39,079 bases of DNA from Octopus sinensis (Eukaryota), in contig NW_021836824.1 of NCBI RefSeq assembly GCF_006345805.1, forward strand, positions 1-39,079, in the 5' to 3' direction. Every line of letters begins with the position of its first letter. Positions within the stretch are counted from its first letter, which is position 1. Both the position numbers and the translations under genes were made by a program. Below are positions 25,914-37,804 of this stretch, in pieces. The notes under the pieces are model-generated. The model was not told the DNA's origin, did not search any database, and worked only from the letters and a program-made list of their open reading frames with translations.

Positions 25914-26306
25914 ACACGTGTGTAATCAAACACATACGTGCATTTGCAAGAACACACACACGTTTATACATAGAGGCAAAATGGCGGATTTAATCATGAA
26001 ATGTAATATTCATATATTTGATCGTTCCCAGATTCAAGAATAAATATGTGCATACCAAAATTGTGTCAGTGTTGTTGTTGTTGTTGCTGCTGCTGTTGTT
26101 CTGGTCTCTAAATGTTAGTCTGGTGGCGTGGTTCCTTGGGATACGATGCCAGTATACCGTTCAGGAGATGCAACGACAAAGCGGATGGTTTTCTATATGA
26201 TGTGTTGCGGCCAAGTAACAGCACTTATCAAGCGTCAGTGGTGTGTGCGTGTGATAAAATGGTGTGCGAGGATGGAAGGATGACGATGTGTTACACATGT
26301 GTGTGC

Positions 26307-26352
<46 letters not shown>

Positions 26353-26514
26353 GTGTGTGTGTGTGTGTTAGTTTCAATTTTTAGAATATGCAGTTTGCGT
26401 TTGCCGCAATATCGTTGCAATGATAATGGTCATGGTGATGATATTTCTGTATTTAATGCATTTTAGATGTGTCTGGTAAACTTCTGCCAAGCTTACATCC
26501 CTCTGCAAAAATTT

Positions 26515-26547
<33 letters not shown>

Positions 26548-26979
26548 ATGTATAACCACATGCATAACTATATACATATATACGTATATACATATTATAC
26601 AGATATATACATATATGCATACACACACACACATACATATATATACGTATAAATATATTATATATATATATATATATACATATGTTTACATATACATGTA
26701 TATATACACAGATATACGTATATACATATATGCATGTCTAAGTGTGCGTGCATATATATATATTTAAAGATATATTTATCTTATATCTATGTCTATATGA
26801 ATGTTATAATAATTTATATACATACACACACACATATATATATATAATATATATATATATTTATATATATATGTACATATATACCACACACATGCATATA
26901 TACGTGTGTATATGTATATATATATATGCTATACACACACATATATATTCATATATATATATAATATATATATATATAA

Positions 26980-27013
<34 letters not shown>

Positions 27014-27527
27014 CTATATATATATATATATCAATATAGAGATGGGGAGAAATGTACATATGAATGACAGATTTAATTTGGATATTCACATATAGGCATT
27101 AAACGGATATAAAAGAACTGTAATGAACTACGGAACCATTACAGCGATTTAATCTTATATATACGGACTACTGCACTCATCCAAGCAAACGCACATACGC
27201 GCATACACACGCACACACAGCCATATGCGCGCACTCACCCACATGCATATTTCATGTATATATATATATATATATTATATATATATATATATATATGTAT
27301 GTATAAACACATGCATATATATATACATACATACGTATATACGTCTTATACAGATATATACATATATGTATACACACATCAGCATGGCCGCAGCTCTGAG
27401 CTGAAACTAGAGAAAAAAATTATATATATATATATATATTTATAAATACATATATATATAATATATATATATATAGTGTGTGTGTGTGTGGTGTGTGTGT
27501 GTATGTATATATATGGTAGTATATATC

Positions 27528-27560
<33 letters not shown>

Positions 27561-27565
27561 TAAGC

Positions 27566-27675
27566 GTAGGTGTGGCCCTGTGATGTGAAACTTGCTTGTC
27601 AACTATATGGTCTCGTGTTCAGTCCAACAGCGCTTCTCCTTGGACAAGTGATTTCTACTGTAGCCTCGGTTCGAC
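27566..27675 (+). mobile_element. SINE family A head (degraded)
   Basis: gcgtaggtgtggc...gtgttcagtcc...cttggacaagtg...tagcctcggttcgaccaa. Confidence 0.65.
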
Positions 27676-27763
27676 CAATCTATATATATATATATATATA
27701 CGTACATGCAAATATACTGTGATGTGCATATATATATACGTTGTGTGTGTGTGTGTGTGTGTG

Positions 27764-27811
<48 letters not shown>

Positions 27812-28324
27812 TTATATGCATAGTTAAAGGTATGTATACACACAAACGTTTAGAAATGTGATATCTAGACGTACAAAGAATTTACAAGATATCTCTTACT
27901 TCCTCTAACGGAAGCATTTATTCGCTGAGATGTTTCTGCGGCTAATTAGAACTTACAGGGGGCTTTATCGAATGCCTATAGGGAAATATAGTATGGAGGG
28001 ACCAAATCACAAACATATCCATATAAAGGAAGCATTCTGTAATCATCTTACGGTAGTTTCTTCAACTGTTGTAGGAAAAGAAAGACAGGTTTACATCAAG
28101 TCTTTCCGAAAAATAGAAAAAAGAAAATGAAAACAGAAATAAACTACACATGGTTGAGTATAAAATAGAAGGTAGTCAAAATCACTGCGATATTATACAA
28201 GTGAGAATAATCCTTCCCTTACCAGTTATCTCTAGCTGTCGAATGTGCTCTTCGTGTATTCCACAATGAGAGATTAGTAAAGAAAAGTAAAAATACCAAC
28301 GAGCCGCCATGTCAACATACTTTC

Positions 28325-28355
<31 letters not shown>

Positions 28356-28362
28356 CATACAT

Positions 28363-28784
28363 AGGCGTAGGAGTGGCTGTGTGGTAAGTAGCTTGCTAAC
28401 CAACCACATGGTTCCGGGTTCAGTCCCACTGCGTGGCATCTTGGGCAAGTGTCTTCTGCTATAGCCTCGGGCCGACCAATGCCTTGTGAGTGGATTTGGT
28501 AGACGGAAACTGAAAGAAGCCTGTCGTGTATATGTATATATATGATATGTGTGTGTGTGTATGTTTTTGTGTGTCTGTGTTTGTCCCCCAAGCATTGCTT
28601 GACAACCGATGCTGGTGTGTTTACGTCCCCGTCACTTAGCGGTTCGGCAAAAGAGACCGATAGAATAAGTACTGGGCTTACAAAGAATAAGACCCGGGGT
28701 CGAGTTGCTCGACTAAAGGCGGTGCTCCAGCATGGCCGCAGTCAAATGACTGAAACAAGTAAAAGAATAAAAGAGTAAAGAGTA
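28363..28784 (+). mobile_element. SINE family A, full length, young
   Basis: aggcgtaggagtggctgtgtggtaag...ggttcagtcccactg...gaaacaagtaaaagaataaaagagt, inside an (ACAT)n tract. Confidence 0.95.
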
Positions 28785-29408
28785 TACATACATACATACA
28801 TGCATACTTTGTTGCCTAGCAAACTTCCAAATTATCTTCACGGCCGCAATTCATTCTGTAGTGTTTAACAGGGTGTTGTTCTAAGAGCTTTTACAGCCGT
28901 CTCCTTCAATCCAGAATTATAAATTGGCAGATGAGCTTATTAGACGAATAGTAATGATAGACTATAATTACAATAACCTAGGACAGTTGTAATTGGATCT
29001 CCTAAAAAAAAGTCTCAGAACTTCTGGAATGCATCTCGTATTTGTGTGTATGTGTGTGTGTGCATATATACATGTATGTGTATATATGAGTGTAAGTGAA
29101 CGTGTGTAAATATCTGTATGAATGTGTTGTATATGTCGGTATATATATCTTCTCTTCGCCCCTCGTACACATCATCAATACTACCACCACAACTATCTCT
29201 ATCATCAACACCACAATCACCACCATCATCAGCTTGAGTATCATCAACGCCAACACCCTCAACACCAACACCACCAACACCGCCATCCTTATCATCAACA
29301 CCATCACCATCATCACCACCATCGCCCCCAAACTCATCACCAACAACATCACCTCAATCGCCCTCTTCCTTTCCCAGACACAATACACCGCATCACAACA
29401 CAACATAC

Positions 29409-29627
29409 GTACGTATCTCGCCATAAACGTGCCACAATTCTTTCAACATCGAAATTTAATAGGCTGCCTGCACGCCATTCTTTGTACTTGGCTTCCATAA
29501 ACATTGGGTTTGTAAATGAGATTTTCCAAGAACCGTTTCTTCTATTGAGTTCCACCAGGCTAATGTGTGCCAATGATATGTGCCAGCCTTCACCATTATT
29601 CACAATAATCGATTCGTCTACCAGAAG
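29409..29627 (-). CDS. Probable internal coding exon of an unidentified gene
   Basis: ttgttttattaatag|CTT CTG GTA GAC... 73 open codons LLVDESIIVNNGEGWHISLAHISLVELNRRNGSWKISFTNPMFMEAKYKEWRAGSLLNFDVERIVARLWRDTY|gtatgt, with an alternative donor gtacgt 4 nt upstream (exon end 29413). Non-repetitive and protein-like; no TE motif recognised. Confidence 0.6.
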
Positions 29628-29919
29628 CTATTAATAAAACAATCTCGTCTTTTGTAAATGAGTTTCTGACTAGGTTTGTTTAAGCGTGTTCCCGTTTTGT
29701 GTGGATGTTATGGCCTAGATCTTTGTTGGTGAATACATTTACATAGATACGTTAATACGCATATGTATAGAGAAAGATATCACACACACGCATAGATATA
29801 AGAGAGTACCCGCATACACACAAAGATAGATATAAAACACACCACACTCATACACACATACATGGTTATGTGTAGCTACACAATCGAACTTATATAATGT
29901 GTGTAATATTGTATATATC

Positions 29920-30545
29920 TTTTATCTTTTACTTGTTGCAGTCATTTAGACTGTGGCCATGCTGGGACATCGCCTTGAAGAACTTTAGTCGAACGCATCG
30001 ACCCCCAGTACTTGGTTCTTTCTTTTAAGAATGCTACTCATTCTAATGGTGTCTTTAGCTGAACCGCTAAGTACGGGGATGTATACACACCAATACCGGT
30101 TGCCAAACGGTTATAGGAGATGAACAGAGACGCAGCCACACGTACACAGACACACATACAGATACATGAACGCACACACATACACACACGCAAACGCACG
30201 CACATTCAGACACACACGCATACATATGAGGCCTTCATTCAGTTTCGGTCGACCAAATCACCTCACAAACCATTGGTTGGATCGAGGCTATATAAGTGTT
30301 GGGTCGACGCCCCCAGACGATGAAGTAGACTAGCCCAATACGTAGATATAGAGGGAGAAGCCTAGACGTCGAGGTTAGAATAGAGGTGAGAGTAGAGCAG
30401 TAGTAGAACAGAGGAGTTGAGTAGAGGTCATCTGAACGTGCGACAGAACAAGAAGACACTTGCCCAAGGTGTCACATTGTTGGGGGGGGGGGAGCTGATC
30501 TAGAAACCATGTGGCTGGGAAGCGAACTTCTTATCAGAGAACCAT
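29920..30545 (-). mobile_element. SINE family A variant, diverged, interrupted by a 154-bp insertion
   Basis: cttgttgcagtcatttagactgtggccatgc...gaggcta[insert]agaagacacttgcccaagg...aaccatgtggctgggaagc. Confidence 0.8.
30297..30450. mobile_element. Candidate solo LTR (154 bp)
   Basis: Begins TGTT and ends AACA. Flanked by ataag (30292-30296) and agaag (30451-30455), a 5-bp TSD with one mismatch, at a site that is uninterrupted in the other SINE-A copies. Confidence 0.55.
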
Positions 30546-30601
30546 ATATATATATATATATATTAATATATATACACCACACACACACACACACACACAC
30601 A

Positions 30602-30658
<57 letters not shown>

Positions 30659-30763
30659 ATATATATAGTTAATCCAAACAAGAAAGCACAAAAAACACAA
30701 CAACGGAGGACGTGGAACAAATATAGTATTATTGGGCGCTCAGGAAAGAAGGAAAGAAGGAGG

Positions 30764-30796
30764 GTTAACGTTTCGAGCGGAGCTCTTCGTCGAAAC
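30764..30796 (-). ncRNA. Degenerate minimal hammerhead motif (PLE type)
   Basis: Minus strand GUU UCGACGA A GAGC ucc GCUC GAAAC GUU AAC: stem II and GAAAC-GUH are intact, but the CUGANGA box is altered (UCGACGA). Confidence 0.5.
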
Positions 30797-30944
30797 ATAG
30801 GAGAAGGAAAGATCCAGATAAGGGAAGACAGAGGGAAAAAATCGCCAACGGTACACACACGGTCACATTTTGAATGACCGGTAGGAAATGGGTGAAGAAA
30901 AGTTCTTTGGATGAAGAATATATATATGTATGTATTATGCATAT

Positions 30945-31355
30945 CATTAAAGTGGATAGTTGAAATTTAAAACGAAAAGTCACAAGTGCAAATGTCACTA
31001 AAAGTGACTAAGGATGCCAGGTAAGCCCCAGCATTGCTAGAAATGAGAGTTAAAACAACTCTTAGCCACGAACAGAACATTTCCTGGTACAAAAGTACTT
31101 ATCTACCAACTGAGAAGGGTAACAAGCTCCCTAAGCAAACTAGAACGCCATATCAGGTTGATTTCGGATCGAATTTATCCTCATCTTTTTTAGTCGATAG
31201 ATAAGTGCTTTGTAACAGAAAATGTCCGGTTCGTGGCTAAGATTTCAATTAACTCTTATTTCTAGCAACGCTGGTGCTTATTTGCACGCTTAGTCACTTT
31301 TAGTGACGTTATTGATTGTGACTTTTGATTTAACTTGCGACTAGTCGCTTTAATA
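30945..31355. repeat. Fold-back: ~165-bp diverged inverted arms (30945-31110 and 31188-31355)
   Basis: Shared blocks aaaagtcacaa, gtcactaaaagtgactaag, ccagc.ttgctagaaat.agagttaa, cttagccacgaac and acttatcta. Confidence 0.88.
31146..31185 (-). ncRNA. 5'-truncated hammerhead ribozyme copy
   Basis: Minus strand GAUGA GGAU aaauucg AUCC GAA AUCA acc UGAU A UGGCG. It lacks the first two core bases and the 5' strand of stem I. Confidence 0.6.
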
Positions 31356-31453
31356 ATTTATAATTATCACTTTACCATTTTACAGAATCAGCAAATAATT
31401 TGGATGGTATTTTCTATAAACTGACAGATCGAATTAGCTTTAACCCTAGGCAA

Positions 31454-31514
31454 CGAAATAACGTCACCGATGAGGATTAATTCGATCCGAAATCAGTTTG
31501 ATATGGCGCCTTCG
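31454..31514 (+). ncRNA. Type I hammerhead ribozyme (U4C core variant)
   Basis: CGAA auaa CGUCA CCGAUGA GGAU uaauucg AUCC GAA AUCA guu UGAU A UGGCG cc UUCG: stem I with an internal loop, stems II and III, and a predicted AUA cleavage after 31503. Confidence 0.75.
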
Positions 31515-31784
31515 CTTCCTTACTCTCTTTTAGAGACATTTTTACGTATATAATATATATAAATGTATGTATGTATGTATGTACGTATGTCTCTTCTATT
31601 TTTTAATTATTACAAATATTCCACTGAGAGAGCTGGTTTCAAACACACATACAAGTCTCCAGACAAATTCACATTTGGAACTTGAGAAAAGTCTTGCATA
31701 TTCTTAATGTTCCACTCACAGATTGCATTGTAATGTACGAATCAGCCGGTCAGTTTCTCCTTCTAAAAATCACACACTTTATCC

Positions 31785-33003
31785 AGGGAAAGTAAGAAGA
31801 AAAAAGCGAAAATGCTCATTAGATATGAAAAAAAATAATGGCTTTTTTAAATGAAAAGTAACGATAAATATATACAATTAGCAGTATCGCCCGGCGTTGC
31901 TCGGGTTTGTAAGGGAAATAACTATATAAAGCATTTTTAGAGAGTTTACTTCCCTTATAGATGCCATTCGGGCTTTCTTAGCCATTTCTGTTTTGGTGTC
32001 TTCAAGCCATGAAGTCGTTGTTCTAAAAGAACGCTGGTCTCCTTGACAACGCTTTACGACGTTGATTTCCTTACACTCCCTTCCCCATAGCTTCACGAGG
32101 GAGGGAAGAAGGGGGAGAAGCAAACACAGGTGCAGGTGTTTGAGCGTGGACGCCAACTCCGCCGCCATCGACACACGAAATATTATGCATTAAAATGGAA
32201 TAAAAAATGATGTTAAATTATTTTTGAAATCGTAGACTCATCGTAGACGCGCGCTAATAGCCAGACGGGCTCGATATGAATCACGACTATAAGATACCCG
32301 AATTTGGTTAAACTGTACTGCAAAATGTGGGAGGAGTTAGGAATCTAAATCGAAGGGGACAGACACTCACACAACTACAGTTTTATATATATAGATTAGA
32401 TGAACTGAGGTAGAATTAAGAGGTATAAATGTCATTATCATGAATTATTAAAGGGTCAGTGAACACATATGAGAAGTGTGCTAGGAACCTTTATTCTAAC
32501 TTCCTAAATTTTCCCTTCTATCAATGTTCACAGAACACCTCAGTACGTCAAAGAATGAACAAAGCAGCAACTTTCATCAATAAATTCCATCCACAAATTA
32601 ACATGAACACATAACATAATACAGAACACTACTAACCCACCAATAATACACCTACATCACATACACCATACATCCCATACACCATTTATATTACAGTATT
32701 ATATCTACCCTTACTGCACCACGTCCAGAAGTACTTACCTCCCCTATGCATAATCTTTTTACTCAGTGTCTAGTAGGCCCAACACCGTTTGGTAATCGGT
32801 GCACATTCAAAGCCAGTGAACAGTAATTGACCAAACCGGTATGACTTTGAATCCCCTTAATAATTCATAATAACGACTTTTATTCCTTTTAAATCTACCT
32901 CAGTTCATCAAATTGTGTATATTTATCGTTACGCTTCATAAGAAAGCCTTTATTTTTTTTATATCCAATGTGCATTTTCGTTTTTTCTTTCTTCTTATTT
33001 CCC
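31785..33003. mobile_element. Fold-back/MITE-like element with ~150-bp inverted arms; left arm split by a Helitron
   Basis: Left arm 31785-31877 plus 32396-32455 matches the reverse complement of 32853-33003 (aagaaga..aaaa.cgaaaatgc, gtaacgataaata, gatgaactgaggtaga, tgaattattaa). Confidence 0.82.
31878..32395 (-). mobile_element. Non-autonomous Helitron (518 bp)
   Basis: A|TCTATATATATAAAAC ... CCCGAGCAACGCCGGG CGATACTG CTAA|T. Same family as 8870-9263 but with an extra ~210-bp GC-richer interior. Confidence 0.87.
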
Positions 33004-33756
33004 CTATACCTTTCTTTTCCTTGTGTAGTTTTCTATTTGCTTTTTGAAACATGTTTCTATTATATATATAATATATATAGATATATATATATATATATAT
33101 ATATATAGTTTCTTTGTTCCTTTATTATACTAATGAATTATTTCGCTTCGTTACAGTGCGGTGCAGTTTCTTTCAGATCTGTATCGAACATGTATTGCTG
33201 AGCTCAGAATGTACCGACTAACCGAGTAATCCTTCTAACAGATCTTCTATCTGTAATTAATTGAAGAACTAATGCATTATGTCGCATTTGTAGTTTTACG
33301 GCCGCGATAACTAGTGTATCTACACCTATTATTTTGTTGCTTATGTTAAGATCCAATGTCGATCAGAAATCCATCTCCTCTGCAACACAATTACTTTAAT
33401 TTTTCTTTCTCGTTTTATTAGAGTCTGTTATATCGCATTACTGCAATCTATTTCCAATTACCTTTTGTGCTGGTTTTGTTCCAGATGTCTCAGTGCAATT
33501 ATATGTTAACAATTTTAATGCAATTATTTCTTCTTAGTCTACCTTAAGCACCTTTCTCTAATCATTTGCTTAATATATACTTTTTAGTTGTTTCCTCGCT
33601 TCTTTGTTGTTATGGTTTCCCAGGATTGCCCACCTGCATGTCGGGGCATTGGTAATCGTTTCTTTCTTTTCATATTGTTGTTTTAATCGTTTCATTGAAC
33701 AAATGGTTTTAATTAATCCATAGTATTACTGTTATTATCATTTTTAGATAACCTTG

Positions 33757-34204
33757 AAGGCGATGAGCTACTGGGAGCGTTACTGCGCCACACAAAATGC
33801 TTGCCGGCATTTCCTCCGTCTTTACATTCTGAATTCAAATGTCACCAAGGTGGACTTTGCCTTTCATTCTTTCGGTGGGGGAAATAAAATAAGTACCAGC
33901 TGAGTATTGGTGTCGTTGTAATCGAGTAGTCCCCTAACGCGAAAATTTAAGGCCTTGTGCCGATATTTCAAAGGATTATTATAATATAATCTCAGGCGAC
34001 GAGATGGCAGAATCGTTAGCACGCCCGACAAAATTCTTTGCAGTATTTCGTTCTTCTTTATGTTCTGATTTCAAATTCCACCAAGGTCGACTTTACCTTT
34101 CATCATTTCGGGGTCAGTAAAATAAGTACCAGTTGAGCACTGGAGTCGATGTAATCGGCTTACCCCTCCCCGAAATTGCTGGCCTTGGGCTAAAATTTGA
34201 AACC
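33757..34204 (+). mobile_element. Two tandem SINE family B copies
   Basis: Heads at 33757 and 33993; tails gaaaatttaaggccttgtgccg and gaaattgctggccttgggctaaaatttgaaacc. Confidence 0.85.
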
Positions 34205-34474
34205 ATTATTGTAATATAACCTCGGATAAACAAAAATCTAGTGCAGTGCAGTTGCAATCAAAGACATCCTAGCCATGAATATCCTATATTTTATTTAGAC
34301 AGTATATTTTTAAAAAACTACATTTAAAAGGCAACAGAGTATGCCTAACCGTATATATGCCTAACCGCATATTATATATGTTGGGTAATACTCGATAGGG
34401 TAAGATCGCGAATACAAAGAGACGAAATATGGTTCCTCCGAAGGTTCTCTGATGCAACGTTACTTAACAGGGTT

Positions 34475-34760
34475 CGTCGCTCGGCGATCAAGGAATCTTT
34501 CTGTGTTGATTCCCCACTTCTCCACATTGGAAGGTTAATGCTCCGGTAGTACAGACGCGTTATTAGAATATCACAGCAAAGAATCGTAAGACAACTCCTT
34601 CAAACCGAGTCAAGCTACAAGAGGCCAAAAGCGAGCTGGTTGGCTAATAATCATAATCTTAGTTGCCCACGCTAGAGAATCCAGAAGGTGTAATGACGGT
34701 TGCTTCTGATAGGACCATATGGGGGAGGTGCTTGAGGACTCACCTCCACGAATAAAATAG
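34475..34760 (+). pseudogene. RTE-clade LINE 3' fragment
   Basis: VRRSAIKESFCVDSPLLHIGRLMLR*YRRVIRISQQRIVRQLL...EGVMTVASDRTIWG resembles the RTE C-terminus (LRWYGHVxRM...DRxxWR). Confidence 0.65.
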
Positions 34761-34826
34761 ATGGATGGATGGATAGATGGATGAATGGGTAGTTAATGTG
34801 GGGATTTAGGGGCACTATGTACCTAC

Positions 34827-34897
34827 CGGATCGAGCGTTTGTGCAAATACTTCACCTATAACCATCGTTTGTTTTCGTTCAGCAATTGTTTTAAGAA
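34827..34897 (-). CDS. Candidate internal exon (xLKTIAERKQTMVIGEVFAQTLDP)
   Basis: cttcgtcttttctcttcttttag|TT...CCG|gtaggt. The 71 nt run phase 1 to phase 0 and join in frame to 29627. Confidence 0.5.
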
Positions 34898-36693
34898 CTA
34901 AAAGAAGAGAAAAGACGAAGAATCTCTCCGAACAATTCCATTTTTTTATGAAGACAACCTTGATTTTAGCAATCATGCTCTGTTATTTCCATTTGAGCAT
35001 GGCATGGTTGAATAACTGTCTTAAAAATTATCATTCCTTTGACTGAAAGAGCTGTGAGTGTGGTCAGCTGTTAAAGAATTTTCTCTAATCAATCCATGTT
35101 TTATTACTTCTATTCTTGCTGTCTTCGATAATTGTCCGCTCACCAATAATTCTTCTGAACAACAACAGTAACAACAACAAAAACAACAATACATCCATTT
35201 TACACATTCTTTGGTTTCACGGTTACGATGTTCTTTACGTCCAAAATGAACAGCTAAGTCTGTTGTTACATAATATATAAAGCTGTAAGTCTTGTGTATA
35301 TTCTTGATAAACAGATTTTTATTCTATCAAATGGATGGTTTTGTGTTTGTTTTGGAATCAATATTGTTTTCTCTTCTAGCATCCAGTGCTTTGTTTTCTT
35401 AGTAATTCCTTAAATGCAGTTGCTACACATTTATGAATATTAGTTAAATACTTTAGCCAGACATTTTGGGACTCCAACCGTTTCAAAAACTTTCCACTCG
35501 CTGGCATCAATCTCCAAGACGTTACTGAATTTCTTTGCAGGATTTGTCGGACTATATTTGCGGAGTCATTAGCAGCATAATCCTAATCCTCTCCAATCAA
35601 TTAGAATGCTATGTAGACAATATTTTTTATCTATATTTTCTGCCAGTATGTCTACCCTTCTGTTCCCTTTGATGCGTGATCTTGTGCTTAGTCATTTCTT
35701 TTTATCTTACTTTATTCGCATCACTATAGGGGAGTTATGATATTTTTTCAAACAATTTATATCGAAAGAAGCGATTACACTTTTGAAGTAATCATTTTAC
35801 GACATTACTTTAATAAGATCATTTGTTTAAATCTTCCTTTCATTTGTAATACGTCGTCTGTTATAATCATCTTATTTATTTATTTTTTCTCTTTCAGTAA
35901 TTGCTTTAATACTCTCTGACACTCATATCGAACATCTGTCCTTTTGAATTGCTATGAAATGCATGCGATATTTCCTATTGTTTTTTGTAGTTTATTTACA
36001 ATATTATTGCATATTTCTTTACGCCATTTCTTTCTGGTTCTCTGCCTGAGGAGGATCATACTCTATGAGAATCGAATCCGATTTCCACTGATTTCACCAT
36101 GGTTACTGAGCAGATTAAATCATTTAGCCTGTTGATGTTTCTTGGATTTAGTTCCGAGAAAAGACTTGCTTGCAAGGTATTATCCTACTGAACTATTATT
36201 TTCCCGCCATCTTTGTTTGTTTCTTGTTTGGCTAAGGATTTCCCTTTATCCATGTTTATCGATTATCTTATGGCCGTTTCTCATTTTTTCTGTCTTTTCC
36301 TTATTAAATAATTCCCCTGTTAATCCATTGTGATGTGTACTTTCATTCTGTTCAATAAAGACGTGGATTGACCCTTAATAATAAGGTGAAGTCAACGGTA
36401 TTCGCTTCTGTGTTATAGTTGGGTAATTTATTTAATTGTTTCCATGTGGATTTGTATATTTTTCGTCCTCGTTTTGGTTTCTCCTTATTCATTTTAAATC
36501 TCTGAATCGGCTAATTATTGCAGTGACGCCTTTTGTTCTGTCAGTGAGCATGACTTGGTTAAACGAGAATTGTTATTAGAATGTCATTGTAGGCAGTGCT
36601 TGTTCATTGGTGTCCCTTATAAGTTGCCCTAGTAACCTAACCCTTAATACTTAAATAAAGAAATTATTATCATTATTATTATTATTATTATTA

Positions 36694-37250
<557 letters not shown>

Positions 37251-37255
37251 TCAAT

Positions 37256-37490
37256 GTGGTGAGCTGGCAGAAACATTAGCATACTGGATAAAGTGCTTAG
37301 CGGAATTTAGTCCGTCTATTAGTTGTGAGTTCAAATTCGGCCGAGGTTGAATTTGCCTTTCATGCTTTCGAGTGTGGATTAAATGAGATTTGCCGCATAG
37401 CAGGACCAAGTACTAGTTCAGTACTTGGATCGATATAATCGACTTAACCTCTCCCCTGAACTTCCTGGCCTTATGCCAAATTTTGAAACC
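37256..37490 (+). mobile_element. SINE family B with (ATT)n tail
   Basis: gtggtgagctggcagaaac...gagttcaaattcggccgaggttga...aaattttgaaacc. Confidence 0.85.
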
Positions 37491-37497
37491 ATTGTTA

Positions 37498-37564
<67 letters not shown>

Positions 37565-37577
37565 TATTATTATTAAT

Positions 37578-37804
37578 CTATGTTTGACTTTTGCTTTACA
37601 TTTTTACAAGTGGCTCCAAGTCTCACCCAAAGACCTCAAGAGACAACAGGTTGGACGTTCATGTTTTTCTTAGCCTAGTGTTGTGCCATATATTTTGGTT
37701 TTGTATTTAGTGTTGTACTAGTGAATGTCTAAAAAAAGCCATACGAAAATCATATTTGTTTTAAAACTTGAGATTACATAGAAAGTATTTTGCGTAGGAT
37801 ATGA
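37578..37804 (-). mobile_element. Very short R4/Dong 3' end (same subfamily as 25349-25686) in (TAA)n
   Basis: HILRKILSM* plus a 3' UTR homologous to the 25349 copy. Confidence 0.85.

Noticed and set aside
28223-28312. Signal-peptide-like MAARWYFYFSLLISHCGIHEEHIRQLEIT ending at a strong donor (gtaagg)
   Set aside because: There is no good acceptor (tgtgg where tgtag is expected), and a first coding exon here conflicts with the upstream exon at 29627. Left unresolved.
28363-28440. tRNA gene
   Set aside because: A and B boxes are present, but the sequence continues into a SINE body found many times in the window and has no proper cloverleaf.
29060-29400. His/Thr/Ile-rich ORFs up to 170 aa
   Set aside because: Degenerate (CAC/CAT/AAC)n low-complexity tract adjacent to the exon, on the intron side of its donor.
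30967-31333. piggyBac MITE (TTAA at both sides)
   Set aside because: There is no CCY terminus inside the TTAA, and the arm homology extends beyond it.
32733-32745. Perfect minus-strand donor GAG|GTAAGT
   Set aside because: It lies in the fold-back spacer, and upstream sequence has stops in all three frames and no good acceptor.
35940-36600. Possible degraded Dong N-terminal region on the minus strand
   Set aside because: Only faint motif similarity (KPKRGRKIYKSTWKQLN); it cannot be supported without a profile search.
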